NCBI GenBank assembly: GCA_022560555.1
Contig: JADFSZ010000039.1
Span: 1 to 11,381 of the forward strand
Length of the DNA: 11,381 nucleotides
Origin: PVC group bacterium
GTDB lineage: Bacteria; GCA-001730085; JADFSZ01
Reading direction: 5' to 3'
Shown: piece by piece, positions 1 through 8,002 of the stretch
How positions within the stretch are numbered: the first letter of the stretch is position 1
Layout of the letters: the number at the start of each line of letters is the position of its first letter
The notes under the pieces: generated by a model
Database searches by the model: none
Told to the model about the DNA's origin: nothing
What the model saw: the letters and a program-made list of their open reading frames with translations, nothing else
Position numbers and translations under genes: made by a program

Positions 1-669
1 GGCATTCGCTTGATGACTAATTTCGCCACAACGTGTTATCATCCCCTGCGCCTTTGCATATAAGGTACAATCAAGTATTTTGCTTGGAAAATAAAATAGA
101 ACAACAATCACCAGAGCGATAAGCAGTAATTCCCATGAGATAAGCAAAAGAATAGCAGTATAAATCAACCCGGAGATTAAGAGCGCTAATATGCTAATCA
201 CGGGAAAATAAAATGCTTTTATTTGGTCTAACGACGACAACATATATCTCAACTTTTCAATGGGTATCGATTCGAATTGAGATTTCGACAAATCTAAATA
301 AATCTTAAAGAGCTTCTTGCGTAAAACATACTCAGAGCTGACAAAGCTCTCAATAAACAACTTCTCTGAATAATATCTAGCAATCATCTTAAGACATATC
401 ATCACAGTCATAAAAGCAACAAGCACTAAAAATAAGCGGGTATCCGATTCCCCAACCAAGCTTGTTAACACATCTCCAAGAATGGGTGCCGTCAATACCC
501 TTTGGAATATTCCGCCGTGCAAAATTCCATTGACAATCGGGATAAATATAATGATGGCTGCCCCTTCACAGATAAATCCAGCTAAAAGAAGCAGAATGCC
601 AACAATCATACGTGATTTTTTAATCCCTAATAACTGTGCCTTCTTTAGATAATTTTTCATTGCATTCAT
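1..669 (-). CDS. ABC-type exporter, N-terminal transmembrane domain (partial; 3' part of gene lies beyond window start)
   Basis: Not in the ORF track because no stop codon falls inside the window. Manual reverse-strand translation from ATG at 669 gives 223 uninterrupted codons ending exactly at position 1: MNAMKNYLKKAQLLGIKKSRMIVGILLLLAGFICEGAAIIIFIPIVNGIL...SWELLLIALVIVVLFYFPSKILDCTLYAKAQGMITRCGEISHQANA. Long hydrophobic helices alternating with charged loops (LRKKLFKIYLDLSKSQFESIPIEKL, then SSLDQIKAFY) match the type-I ABC exporter membrane domain (MsbA-like). The first in-frame ATG is 669, with an upstream in-frame TAA; ATG 660 is an alternative. No good SD. Confidence 0.65.
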   Translation of the reverse strand, partial: MNAMKNYLKKAQLLGIKKSRMIVGILLLLAGFICEGAAIIIFIPIVNGILHGGIFQRVLTAPILGDVLTSLVGESDTRLFLVLVAFMTVMICLKMIARYYSEKLFIESFVSSEYVLRKKLFKIYLDLSKSQFESIPIEKLRYMLSSLDQIKAFYFPVISILALLISGLIYTAILLLISWELLLIALVIVVLFYFPSKILDCTLYAKAQGMITRCGEISHQANA

Positions 670-712
670 GATATTTTCCGGGCTTGTATATATTCCTTAA
701 ATAGGCGTATAT

Positions 713-1483
713 CTAATTTGATAGCACTTCCCTCATCAATTGGCAATACTTCTTTCTCTCTAACGCCATAAATCCTTCGGCATAGCCTTCACCCTTCATT
801 CCCATTTGTGTTAATGCCATTGCTTGGCCTTCCATTGTTCGAATATAATTAATTTTTTCAATTTGGGATGCGTACAATGACAAAATCCTTCTCTTATCAT
901 CAAAAACATCACTAATATCAATAATCACATTTGGAATCACAATCCCCCACACACCATAGCCGTAACATAAATAATCGATGGAAGATGTATCAGATACATT
1001 AAACAATATTTCAGATGTAGCTAAATGATCAAGATGATTGTCCATAAACCATGGATGATAAACAATGCTTGGCCTATATTCTTTAATAATATTGCGTAAA
1101 TCATCTATATTTTTGTCTGTGGGCTTTAACGCGCCATCCTTACTTTTAAGATATCGAATATGATGAATATCCATACTCTCCATAACCCCTTTGGCCTCTT
1201 TTTGTCTTCTCTCTGTTACGAGAAGGGCACTCATCCTAGCATTGGAATGATAATCACTCGTCATGAAAACAACCATAATCTCATCATTTTGTTGTCTATG
1301 TTTTAGAAGCGAACCACCGCATGCAATCATTTCATCATCTAGATGCGGAGATAAAACCAATACGCGGCCGGATGGAGGAGTTTTTAAAACCTTCGGAGAA
1401 ATAAAAATACCTTCTCGTTTCATGTATCGATATTTTTTGTAAAAAGCAAGCCACAAGCGGTCAAATACTCTTTGAGGAATCAT
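713..1483 (-). CDS. PIG-L / LmbE-family metal-dependent N-acetyl-glucosaminyl deacetylase
   Basis: 256-aa ORF. ATG at 1483 overlaps the upstream stop (ATGA, 1480-1483). VLVLSPHLDDEMIACGG is the PIG-L (A/S)PHPDDE motif, and DNHLDH supplies the HxDH zinc ligands. This is the family of MshB, BshB and GlcNAc-PI de-N-acetylase. Confidence 0.85.
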   Translation of the reverse strand: MIPQRVFDRLWLAFYKKYRYMKREGIFISPKVLKTPPSGRVLVLSPHLDDEMIACGGSLLKHRQQNDEIMVVFMTSDYHSNARMSALLVTERRQKEAKGVMESMDIHHIRYLKSKDGALKPTDKNIDDLRNIIKEYRPSIVYHPWFMDNHLDHLATSEILFNVSDTSSIDYLCYGYGVWGIVIPNVIIDISDVFDDKRRILSLYASQIEKINYIRTMEGQAMALTQMGMKGEGYAEGFMALERKKYCQLMREVLSN

Positions 1484-2925
1484 CGATCACCGTTAACATC
1501 CTTATTATATGGTCCTAATTCTTCATGATACTCTTTCTCGGTATTCACAGCCCATAAATCATAGTGTGATTCAAAAAAATTCCGTGCGGCAAATAATCCC
1601 GTTAAAATGGCATGATCACTATTGTCATAGCGAAACATTCCGCACCTCCCCATCACCTGGAGATTCTTAAATCGAGACAAGTATTCTTTAATCTTATTCA
1701 AATGTTCTTGGTAAAATTCATCGTATATCGGATAGACTTTTGGCACCCGAATAACGAAGCCCTCAAGATATTTATCCCGTGGGCATAGATTAAGTCCTTG
1801 AAGTTCCCCTAAAGCTTGGTTAATGAGATCCGCGTCAGTCATAGACCATACATCATCATTTTCATTGACAAAATATTCCATTCCCAGCGTCGTTTTGGTT
1901 AAGTCTTTGACCATATAGTGGCTCCAATTTTTGTAATTTTGTATTCGAGCCACACGGACTTTAGGCTCATGAATATAAATCCAATTGTCATCAAATATAT
2001 TTTCCTTATTCAGAACAAGGTTTACAACAAGAAAACTACGGAAATTGAGCTGAGAAACGGAATCCATAACTTCCTTCGGAGGCTTTGGATCAAATCGCTC
2101 CAGCAATACCGATATAGGTATACTCGAAAAGAAGATGTCCGCATGGTATTCGCTCATTCGGCTATCCTTCTGACGGGCATAAACATGTGTAACTCTGTTA
2201 TGATTATGATGAATAGAAATCACATCTGTCTCACATCGATAATCAACTCCGAATTGTTCCGTAAATTTCTGTAATTTTTGGCAGAATTGACCGGGCCCAT
2301 ACATGGGATATAGAAAGTTCTTTATGAAACTCTTTGTTTTTCGGCTCTGGTTTTTAAATACAGCATCTAAAATGGCTCTTTTCATCGACATGCCTTGGAT
2401 ACGTTGCACGGCCCAATCACTTGAAAGTTTCTTGCAGGGGATGCCCCATACTTTTTCTGTGTATGTCTTAAAAAATATTTTATAAAGCCTGGCGCCAAAG
2501 CGATTGATAACCCATCCCTCGAAAGTTTTATCATCCCCCGGCTTCTTAAGCAAACTCCAAGCATAGGATCCCACACACAGCAAGGAGTTGCATAATCCCA
2601 GATTTTGGACAACATTCAAAAGGCGTAATGGATAGTGATAATATTTTGATCGGTAGTAAATGCGTGATTTACGTTTAACATAAAGGATGTCATCTTTAAG
2701 CACATCATGCCACAATTCATTGACCTCTTTATTTTTTGAGAAAAACCGGTGTCCGCCAATGTCATAATAGTTCCCATTTCGTACAACGGTACGGCACAAA
2801 CCCCCTACTTGGGCTTCACGCTCAATAACTGTGGTTTTGACTTGATTTTTGCCGAGCTCTAACGCACAGGCAAGTCCTGCAGGACCTGCACCGATCACAA
2901 GAGCCCCCTTACGGTATCGTGTCAT
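1480..2925 (-). CDS. FAD-dependent oxidoreductase (HemY / amine-oxidase / UDP-galactopyranose-mutase-like fold), substrate unknown
   Basis: 481-aa ORF, ATG at 2925. N-terminal dinucleotide-binding fold ALVIGAGPAGLACALEL...VIEREAQVGG (GxGxxG, acidic residue ending beta-2, GG). It is followed by DIGGHRFF and YTEKVWG segments typical of this flavoenzyme superfamily. Translationally coupled to the PIG-L gene. Confidence 0.75.
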   Translation of the reverse strand: MTRYRKGALVIGAGPAGLACALELGKNQVKTTVIEREAQVGGLCRTVVRNGNYYDIGGHRFFSKNKEVNELWHDVLKDDILYVKRKSRIYYRSKYYHYPLRLLNVVQNLGLCNSLLCVGSYAWSLLKKPGDDKTFEGWVINRFGARLYKIFFKTYTEKVWGIPCKKLSSDWAVQRIQGMSMKRAILDAVFKNQSRKTKSFIKNFLYPMYGPGQFCQKLQKFTEQFGVDYRCETDVISIHHNHNRVTHVYARQKDSRMSEYHADIFFSSIPISVLLERFDPKPPKEVMDSVSQLNFRSFLVVNLVLNKENIFDDNWIYIHEPKVRVARIQNYKNWSHYMVKDLTKTTLGMEYFVNENDDVWSMTDADLINQALGELQGLNLCPRDKYLEGFVIRVPKVYPIYDEFYQEHLNKIKEYLSRFKNLQVMGRCGMFRYDNSDHAILTGLFAARNFFESHYDLWAVNTEKEYHEELGPYNKDVNGDR

Positions 2926-2965
2926 ATCTAGAACAGGTAGGATGAATTATAGTTTTTATGTTCTA

Positions 2966-4390
2966 TCATCTTAGGCCATCCCAAATGGCTTCCAGGCGCT
3001 TTTTAAGATGGTCAGACGTGATCGGCCACACTGTACGGCCATATAACGCACTCATAATTTCTTTGTAAGCAAGATCATTCATACGGAACTCAGGCAGCTT
3101 ATTGTCAATTTCTAAATAATAGCGCATGAGAATTACGTACCTTTTGATGAGATTAGGAAGTAAAAAGTTCTCTCGAACATGTTCAATCCCGTTTTTTCCC
3201 ATTTGCTCACGTTCCAATTTATTCTCCAGTAAAGTTTTCATTCTTTTCGCGATTTTATCAACGTCTGACGGCTCAACGATATAACCCGTTTGTCCGTTAA
3301 TAACCTGTTTTTTTATCCCTCCGATTCTGCTTCCGATCACAGGGGTTCCCTGCCACATAGCTTCCGAAACAACCAAACCAAATCCTTCCTTGGTTGAAAC
3401 ATGCACAAAACATGTCGCGACATTCATGAGCGCTCCCACAACTTCATTGTTATTTTCGACATTAACCCAAGTATGAATATCTTTATCGCCTCCGACCTCA
3501 TCAAGAATCGTTTGATACATGGCGGCTCCTTCAGGATCGTCTGATGCTGAGTTTCCGATCATTATGAGGAGAGGCTTGATTTTACTCGGAATATTCTCTT
3601 TCATAAGCTTAAAGGCTTGAATGATTCTTTTTTGGTTTTTATGAATATCATACCGTGAGACAGCAGCCACAATAGGCCGATCGGAATCGACATTGTGTTC
3701 GTTAAATAAATCGCTGAGAATCGATAATGCTTCTTCGCGTTTATATTGTTTATTCTTTTGTTTTAAGGGATCTATACAGGGGTTAATTTCATAGGTTGGA
3801 ATTTGAAGATCGGATTTTACAAATTCCGGCGAAGTAAAGATGGCACCGTGGTAATGATTGATATAAGGGACAAGGAAACGCCATATTCTTCGGCTGGCTT
3901 GTGACGTATCGATATGACAGCGCCATAAAATATGGCCATAAATATTCCCGCTCATTAACATGGCCGCGGGCTGGGGATCGTGTACAGTGACCATGTGACC
4001 CACAATAGTTGTCTTGTGAGTATTTTCATGTAAAGTGTCGAGGTAAGCATGAAATATCTCTTCCATGGAAATAGGTTGGTCAACTCCCTGTAAAAGATTA
4101 TGAAACTTTTTTGTGACAACAAAAAATTCATCGGACCCTTCAATAACAAACCAGCGGCAATCCACTCCGAGACCTTTGGCAAAAGGGATAATACTTTGAA
4201 GCATCTCGGCAACTCCTCCGCCAACACACGTCGAATTGACATTCGCCCACACTTTATTCTCTAATGGAGCGGCCAACCACTTGAGTTCGTCAATAATTTT
4301 TTGCCCCACAAACGGCTTATAAAGATCCACATCAATAGGATCAAGCGGAACAAACTGATTTTTATAACCTTTGCTTCTGTCATCGAACAT
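2966..4390 (-). CDS. treT: GT4 glycosyltransferase of the TreT type (trehalose glycosyl-transferring synthase: NDP-glucose + glucose -> trehalose)
   Basis: 474-aa ORF, ATG at 4390 with GAGG 6 nt upstream, 23 nt after the otsB stop. Blocks co-linear with characterised archaeal TreT as I recall it: NSTCVGGGVAEML, CRWFVIEG, FHNLLQG, HDPQPAA, WRCHID, DDPEG, EGFGLVVSEAMWQGTPVIG, GGIKKQV. GT-B/GT4 membership is near certain; the specific TreT assignment is less so. Confidence 0.75.
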   Translation of the reverse strand: MFDDRSKGYKNQFVPLDPIDVDLYKPFVGQKIIDELKWLAAPLENKVWANVNSTCVGGGVAEMLQSIIPFAKGLGVDCRWFVIEGSDEFFVVTKKFHNLLQGVDQPISMEEIFHAYLDTLHENTHKTTIVGHMVTVHDPQPAAMLMSGNIYGHILWRCHIDTSQASRRIWRFLVPYINHYHGAIFTSPEFVKSDLQIPTYEINPCIDPLKQKNKQYKREEALSILSDLFNEHNVDSDRPIVAAVSRYDIHKNQKRIIQAFKLMKENIPSKIKPLLIMIGNSASDDPEGAAMYQTILDEVGGDKDIHTWVNVENNNEVVGALMNVATCFVHVSTKEGFGLVVSEAMWQGTPVIGSRIGGIKKQVINGQTGYIVEPSDVDKIAKRMKTLLENKLEREQMGKNGIEHVRENFLLPNLIKRYVILMRYYLEIDNKLPEFRMNDLAYKEIMSALYGRTVWPITSDHLKKRLEAIWDGLR

Positions 4391-4413
4391 TCGGCACCTC
4401 TCAACATTTTAGA

Positions 4414-5226
4414 TTATGTAATTGCCTGTGTAATTCTATTTAAAAGTCTCTTAACCTCCGATTGATGCCTAATAGTATACCTAGCCTTAGTCTTTCGGGT
4501 CTCGTCATGAACATGTATGGAGATCCCTCCCTTTCGGTTGATCACACAAAACGCGTCTTCGTCCGTTGTGTCGTCACCTATGTAAATATAGCATGTTTGG
4601 CCCGGTTTTGTCCTGCTTTGGTATATGATCTTTTCGAGAGCCTTGCCTTTGTGCCAAAGAACACGCGGCATGAGTTCAATCACTTTTTTGCCTTTAATAA
4701 CACGTATTTTGAAAAAACTCTTAATTGTTTTAAGTCTGGCTTTAATCTCGCGGCAAAACAGAGCGGTTTTATGGGCCTGAATCTTACGGTAATGAATCGA
4801 AAGCGTTGCTCTTTTATCCTCCAAAAAAGAACCGGGATATTTGGATATTATCGGTCTTAAAACCTTTTTTGACTCACGGATAAAACCTTTCATCATCTTA
4901 TGTGCAGGATGACTCCATCTCCACGATGGGCCGCACAGTTCAAATCCATGATTTCCGGCATAAAACGCGCCGGGAATACGGATGAGGTTCTTCACTTCCT
5001 TTAATAAGCGTCCTGATATAAAACCAAGTCGGACACGAGACATTTTTTGCAGTCCCAAGAGCTGTTTATATAGCCTAAGAGACAATCGAGCTTTCGAGGG
5101 ATGTCCAACGATCGGACTGAGAGTTCCGTCAAAGTCCAAAAACAAAAACAACTGCCGTTTTGATAATATTTTCTTCTTAATGACAACCCATGCACGGTCC
5201 TTGCCGTCAATAAACACTTGCCTCAC
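4414..5226 (-). CDS. otsB: trehalose-6-phosphate phosphatase (HAD superfamily)
   Basis: HAD motif I in the OtsB form FLDFDGTLSP; also ISGR, AGNHG, and motif IV YIGDDTTDEDAF, followed by GGISIHV as in E. coli OtsB. The track ORF (to 5262) starts at a TTG with no SD and would overlap otsA by 40 nt. I prefer GTG at 5226, which forms a GTGA start/stop overlap with the otsA TGA (5225-5223) and has GGTG 5 nt upstream. The 5' end is uncertain between 5226 and 5262. Confidence 0.85.
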   Translation of the reverse strand: MRQVFIDGKDRAWVVIKKKILSKRQLFLFLDFDGTLSPIVGHPSKARLSLRLYKQLLGLQKMSRVRLGFISGRLLKEVKNLIRIPGAFYAGNHGFELCGPSWRWSHPAHKMMKGFIRESKKVLRPIISKYPGSFLEDKRATLSIHYRKIQAHKTALFCREIKARLKTIKSFFKIRVIKGKKVIELMPRVLWHKGKALEKIIYQSRTKPGQTCYIYIGDDTTDEDAFCVINRKGGISIHVHDETRKTKARYTIRHQSEVKRLLNRITQAIT

Positions 5227-6710
5227 AGCGTCACCAATTGCTGCATAATACTTAATGCCCAATGATAAACGTTGTTAGATCGTGTGATTTTCCTGAGCTC
5301 CCTCATTCGGCTATGCTTCTCTTTCTCATCCATCTCTAACGCCACTTTGATACTATTTGCAAACTGATCGACATCAAACGGATTGATCTGCAGTGCCCTT
5401 TTATATTCACGAGCCACTCCCGTAAATTTACTCAAAATGAGAACTCCATTCAAATCATTCTTTGCCGAAACGTACTCCTTAGCCACGATATTCATTCCGT
5501 CATGGAGCGGGCTTACGATACAAACATTTGCCAAGCGGTAAAAAGCTAAAATCTCTGTCCGCGTAAGTGTTCTGCGGATAAAAATCACGGGACACCAATT
5601 TTTTGTTTTGTGTTTTTGATTCACTTCTTCAACAAGCCTGTCAATTTCTCTATTAACGTTTCTGTAAATCGCTAATTTCATACGACTCGGCGCACCCGCA
5701 ACGACAAAAATTACTTTTTCCTTAAATGCGGGATGGGATTCTAAAAACCTGTCAATAGCCATCAAGCGCTCGGGAATTCCTTTAGAGTAATCAATCCTAT
5801 CCACTCCGAAAACTATATTCGGACAATCAAGTCGGTACTCCTTCTTCATCTCTTTAGATAAATTGACGACATCTTCTTTATCGGTATCACCGGATATCGC
5901 TTCAAAATCCACACTAATGGGAAACGCTCGTACCAAGGTTTCCTTCCCCTGAAAAATCATGGTGTTTTTCTCCCAATCAACCCGGCTCTCCAAAACAGAA
6001 TTAACCGTGTGAATAAAATTGTTACAGTGATACACAATATGAAACCCCATGAGATCATTCCCTAATAGGCCTTGTAAAATCTCTTCCCCTTTTGGGCAAA
6101 TTCGAAATTGTTCGGGGCTGGGCCAGGGGATATGCCAGAATTGCGCGATACTTAAGTTTGGATTGGCTTCGCGTAAATACCGTGGTAGAAGGGCAAAGTG
6201 ATAATCTTGAATCCAAACAAACGCGTCCCGGCCATCTAAGTATTTTATTATCGCATCGGCAAATTTGCGATTCACTTTTTGATATATGCGCCATTCCTTT
6301 TCTTCAAAAGATGGCTTCGCGTAAGCAAGATGACATAAGGGCCAAAGGGCTTTATTCGCAAACCCATAGTAATATCCCTTCACCTCTTCCTGCGTAAGCC
6401 AGATTCTTTTTAACGTGTATTCCGGATTCTCTTCAGGAACCTGAACACAATCATTCTTATCGACAACCTCACGGTCCGCATCACCGGATCCGTGAGCAAA
6501 CCATATTCCGCCGCAAGCACGGACAACGGAATCAACGGCATTGGCAGCGCCTCCGGCGGGACGCATGGCCTGGATTTGACCATTCACACGATTGTGAATA
6601 TAAGGCTCTCGATTGGAGACAACAACGAGGGGTTTATTAGGAAAAAAATCCTCCATGCTCTGCCTCAGAGACTCTTTTCCCAAATAAACTTTTGATTTTT
6701 TTTGAATCAT
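5223..6710 (-). CDS. otsA: alpha,alpha-trehalose-6-phosphate synthase (GT20)
   Basis: 495-aa ORF, ATG at 6710, 6 nt after the mscS stop. Co-linear with E. coli OtsA: VVVSNREPY, ALWPLCH, VWIQDYHFALLP, FWHIPWPSPEQF, LLGNDLMGFH, VDRIDYSKGIPERL, SPLHDGMNIVAKEYV, ILSKFTG...INPFD. Confidence 0.92.
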   Translation of the reverse strand: MIQKKSKVYLGKESLRQSMEDFFPNKPLVVVSNREPYIHNRVNGQIQAMRPAGGAANAVDSVVRACGGIWFAHGSGDADREVVDKNDCVQVPEENPEYTLKRIWLTQEEVKGYYYGFANKALWPLCHLAYAKPSFEEKEWRIYQKVNRKFADAIIKYLDGRDAFVWIQDYHFALLPRYLREANPNLSIAQFWHIPWPSPEQFRICPKGEEILQGLLGNDLMGFHIVYHCNNFIHTVNSVLESRVDWEKNTMIFQGKETLVRAFPISVDFEAISGDTDKEDVVNLSKEMKKEYRLDCPNIVFGVDRIDYSKGIPERLMAIDRFLESHPAFKEKVIFVVAGAPSRMKLAIYRNVNREIDRLVEEVNQKHKTKNWCPVIFIRRTLTRTEILAFYRLANVCIVSPLHDGMNIVAKEYVSAKNDLNGVLILSKFTGVAREYKRALQINPFDVDQFANSIKVALEMDEKEKHSRMRELRKITRSNNVYHWALSIMQQLVTL

Positions 6711-6716
6711 TCTATA

Positions 6717-7796
6717 TCACGAACCTAATGTAGGTGCCTGAATTTCTTTTGCCATATATACGGTCTGAGTCGGATAAGCAAATTCGATTCCTTCTTTTTC
6801 AAACGCCTCATGGATCCGAAAGTTAATATCCTGCTGAATATCCATATACAGGGTGTAATCACTGCCCAGAACATAATACACGGACTCAAAGTTCAGACTA
6901 AAACTGCCATAAGCATGAAAATGAGACCGGTCAAACTTGGCTTTCTCAACACTGTTTACGATATTTTTGATGATCTGGGGTATTTTTTTCAATTTCTCAC
7001 GCGGCGTCTGATAAATCACTCCAAGCTCAAACACAACCCTACGGGTTTCCATGCGCTTGTAATTTTTAATACGGCTTGATGTCAAATCTGAGTTTGAAAA
7101 AATCAACTGTTCTCCAAACAGACTCCGAATACGTGTGGTTTTGATACCGATACTTTCTATCGTCCCTAAATAATCACCCACAATGATAAAATCCCCGACA
7201 CGAAAAGGCTTATCGATCATGATAAATAAAGCGCTAAACGCATCCCCTAAAAATGATTGAGCCGCGAGCGCAACGGCAATACCGGTAATTCCTAACCCCG
7301 CGATGAGCGCGGTTATATCAAACCCTAAATTATCAAGAACAAAAGCGCCGGCACCGCCCCAAAGAACCCCCTTCAAGATGTTTGTGATGCCCTTTTTTGG
7401 AAGTTCCTTCGCCCGGCTTCGGTCATACATCTTGTTCACGCCGAAAACAAGAATTTGCTGAAGCGATTGTACGACCCAAAATGTTAAAACAAGAACAATA
7501 ACGGAATCTAATACCGGTTGGATTTTTTCATTAATGGTTATGAACTTCAAGGACACATAAAAAGCCATAAAAAACAGGAATATCGGTTTAATCTCATCGA
7601 TAATTTTTACAAGCAAATCATCAAATGTGTTCTTCGTACGATCCGAGATTTTTTTGAGTTTCTTCGTGACAAAAAGCTTAAACAAATAAAGACCCATAAT
7701 GATCACAAGTAAAAGGGCCATCGACATAACATAATCCCACAGCGTGTTATCATAGAGACTTATTTTGAAAAATTCCTTCACACTCGGTATATTCAT
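6717..7796 (-). CDS. mscS: small-conductance mechanosensitive ion channel (MscS family)
   Basis: 359-aa ORF, ATG at 7796 with AGGAGG 8 nt upstream. N-terminal TM helices, a glycine/alanine-rich pore helix (ALIAGLGITGIAVALAAQSFLGDAFS), then the conserved beta-domain signature KPFRVGDFIIVGDYLGTIESIGIKTTRIRSLFGEQLIFSNSDL. Confidence 0.88.
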   Translation of the reverse strand: MNIPSVKEFFKISLYDNTLWDYVMSMALLLVIIMGLYLFKLFVTKKLKKISDRTKNTFDDLLVKIIDEIKPIFLFFMAFYVSLKFITINEKIQPVLDSVIVLVLTFWVVQSLQQILVFGVNKMYDRSRAKELPKKGITNILKGVLWGGAGAFVLDNLGFDITALIAGLGITGIAVALAAQSFLGDAFSALFIMIDKPFRVGDFIIVGDYLGTIESIGIKTTRIRSLFGEQLIFSNSDLTSSRIKNYKRMETRRVVFELGVIYQTPREKLKKIPQIIKNIVNSVEKAKFDRSHFHAYGSFSLNFESVYYVLGSDYTLYMDIQQDINFRIHEAFEKEGIEFAYPTQTVYMAKEIQAPTLGS

Positions 7797-7875
7797 ATAT
7801 TATTCCTCCTAAATATATGCATTATAATAGCTTATATCTTATTCAAGGCTGGCCTCTTTTGTCAATCGGAAATCT

Positions 7876-7903
7876 ATTATATCACAAGCTCCCTTGGTCT
7901 CAA
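7876..7903 (-). promoter_or_regulatory. sigma70-type promoter with extended -10, upstream of mscS
   Basis: Minus strand reads TTGAGA (7903-7898), a 16-nt spacer ending in TGA, then TATAAT (7881-7876), i.e. an exact TGnTATAAT extended -10. It lies about 80 nt upstream of the mscS ATG, in the only sizeable intergenic gap (7797-8002) ahead of the cluster. Sequence inspection only. Confidence 0.45.
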
Positions 7904-8002
7904 AGAAGCCCCCTTTTCAATGAAAATGTTTTTTCAATAAAACAACTTAGAGCAAGACATGATACATGAAATTCCGCCAAAGGAACATGCTCGGAATGAC
8001 AC

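Noticed and set aside
2929-2965. 7-bp inverted repeat TAGAACA-N23-TGTTCTA between the treT stop and the flavoenzyme start, enclosing a TATAAT on the minus strand (2951-2946)
   Set aside because: The stem is AT-rich and short, the loop is large, and no T-tract follows, so it is not a credible intrinsic terminator. No acceptable -35 lies at 16-18 nt from the TATAAT. An operator site cannot be excluded, but nothing supports one.
6696-6703. A8 homopolymer in codons 3-5 of otsA (T8 on the plus strand), considered as a phase-variation tract; a similar run lies at 10531-10538
   Set aside because: Runs of 8 A/T are unremarkable in a genome this AT-rich, and they encode ordinary Lys or Phe codons. 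There is no evidence of length variation from a single sequence.
7821-7865. Second promoter-like pair: TTGACA (7865-7860) and TATAAT (7826-7821) on the minus strand, closer to mscS
   Set aside because: The hexamers are individually perfect but sit 33 nt apart. The alternatives TTGAAT (7846-7841) and TATAAG (7836-7831) give 14-nt or 23-nt spacers. None is compatible with sigma70 spacing.
7947-7988. 13-codon mini-ORF (MFLWRNFMYHVLL) in the 7797-8002 gap
   Set aside because: It lies upstream of the proposed promoter rather than in the leader. Its SD-like AGGTG is about 11 nt away, and it has no features of a regulatory leader peptide. Such mini-ORFs arise readily by chance.
7971-7997. Hairpin ATTCCG-N15-CGGAAT starting 5 nt after the stop of the GT-C/TPR gene, considered as a terminator
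   Set aside because: It has a 6-bp stem, a 15-nt loop and no trailing U-run, which is too weak to call. Termination of that gene remains unassigned.
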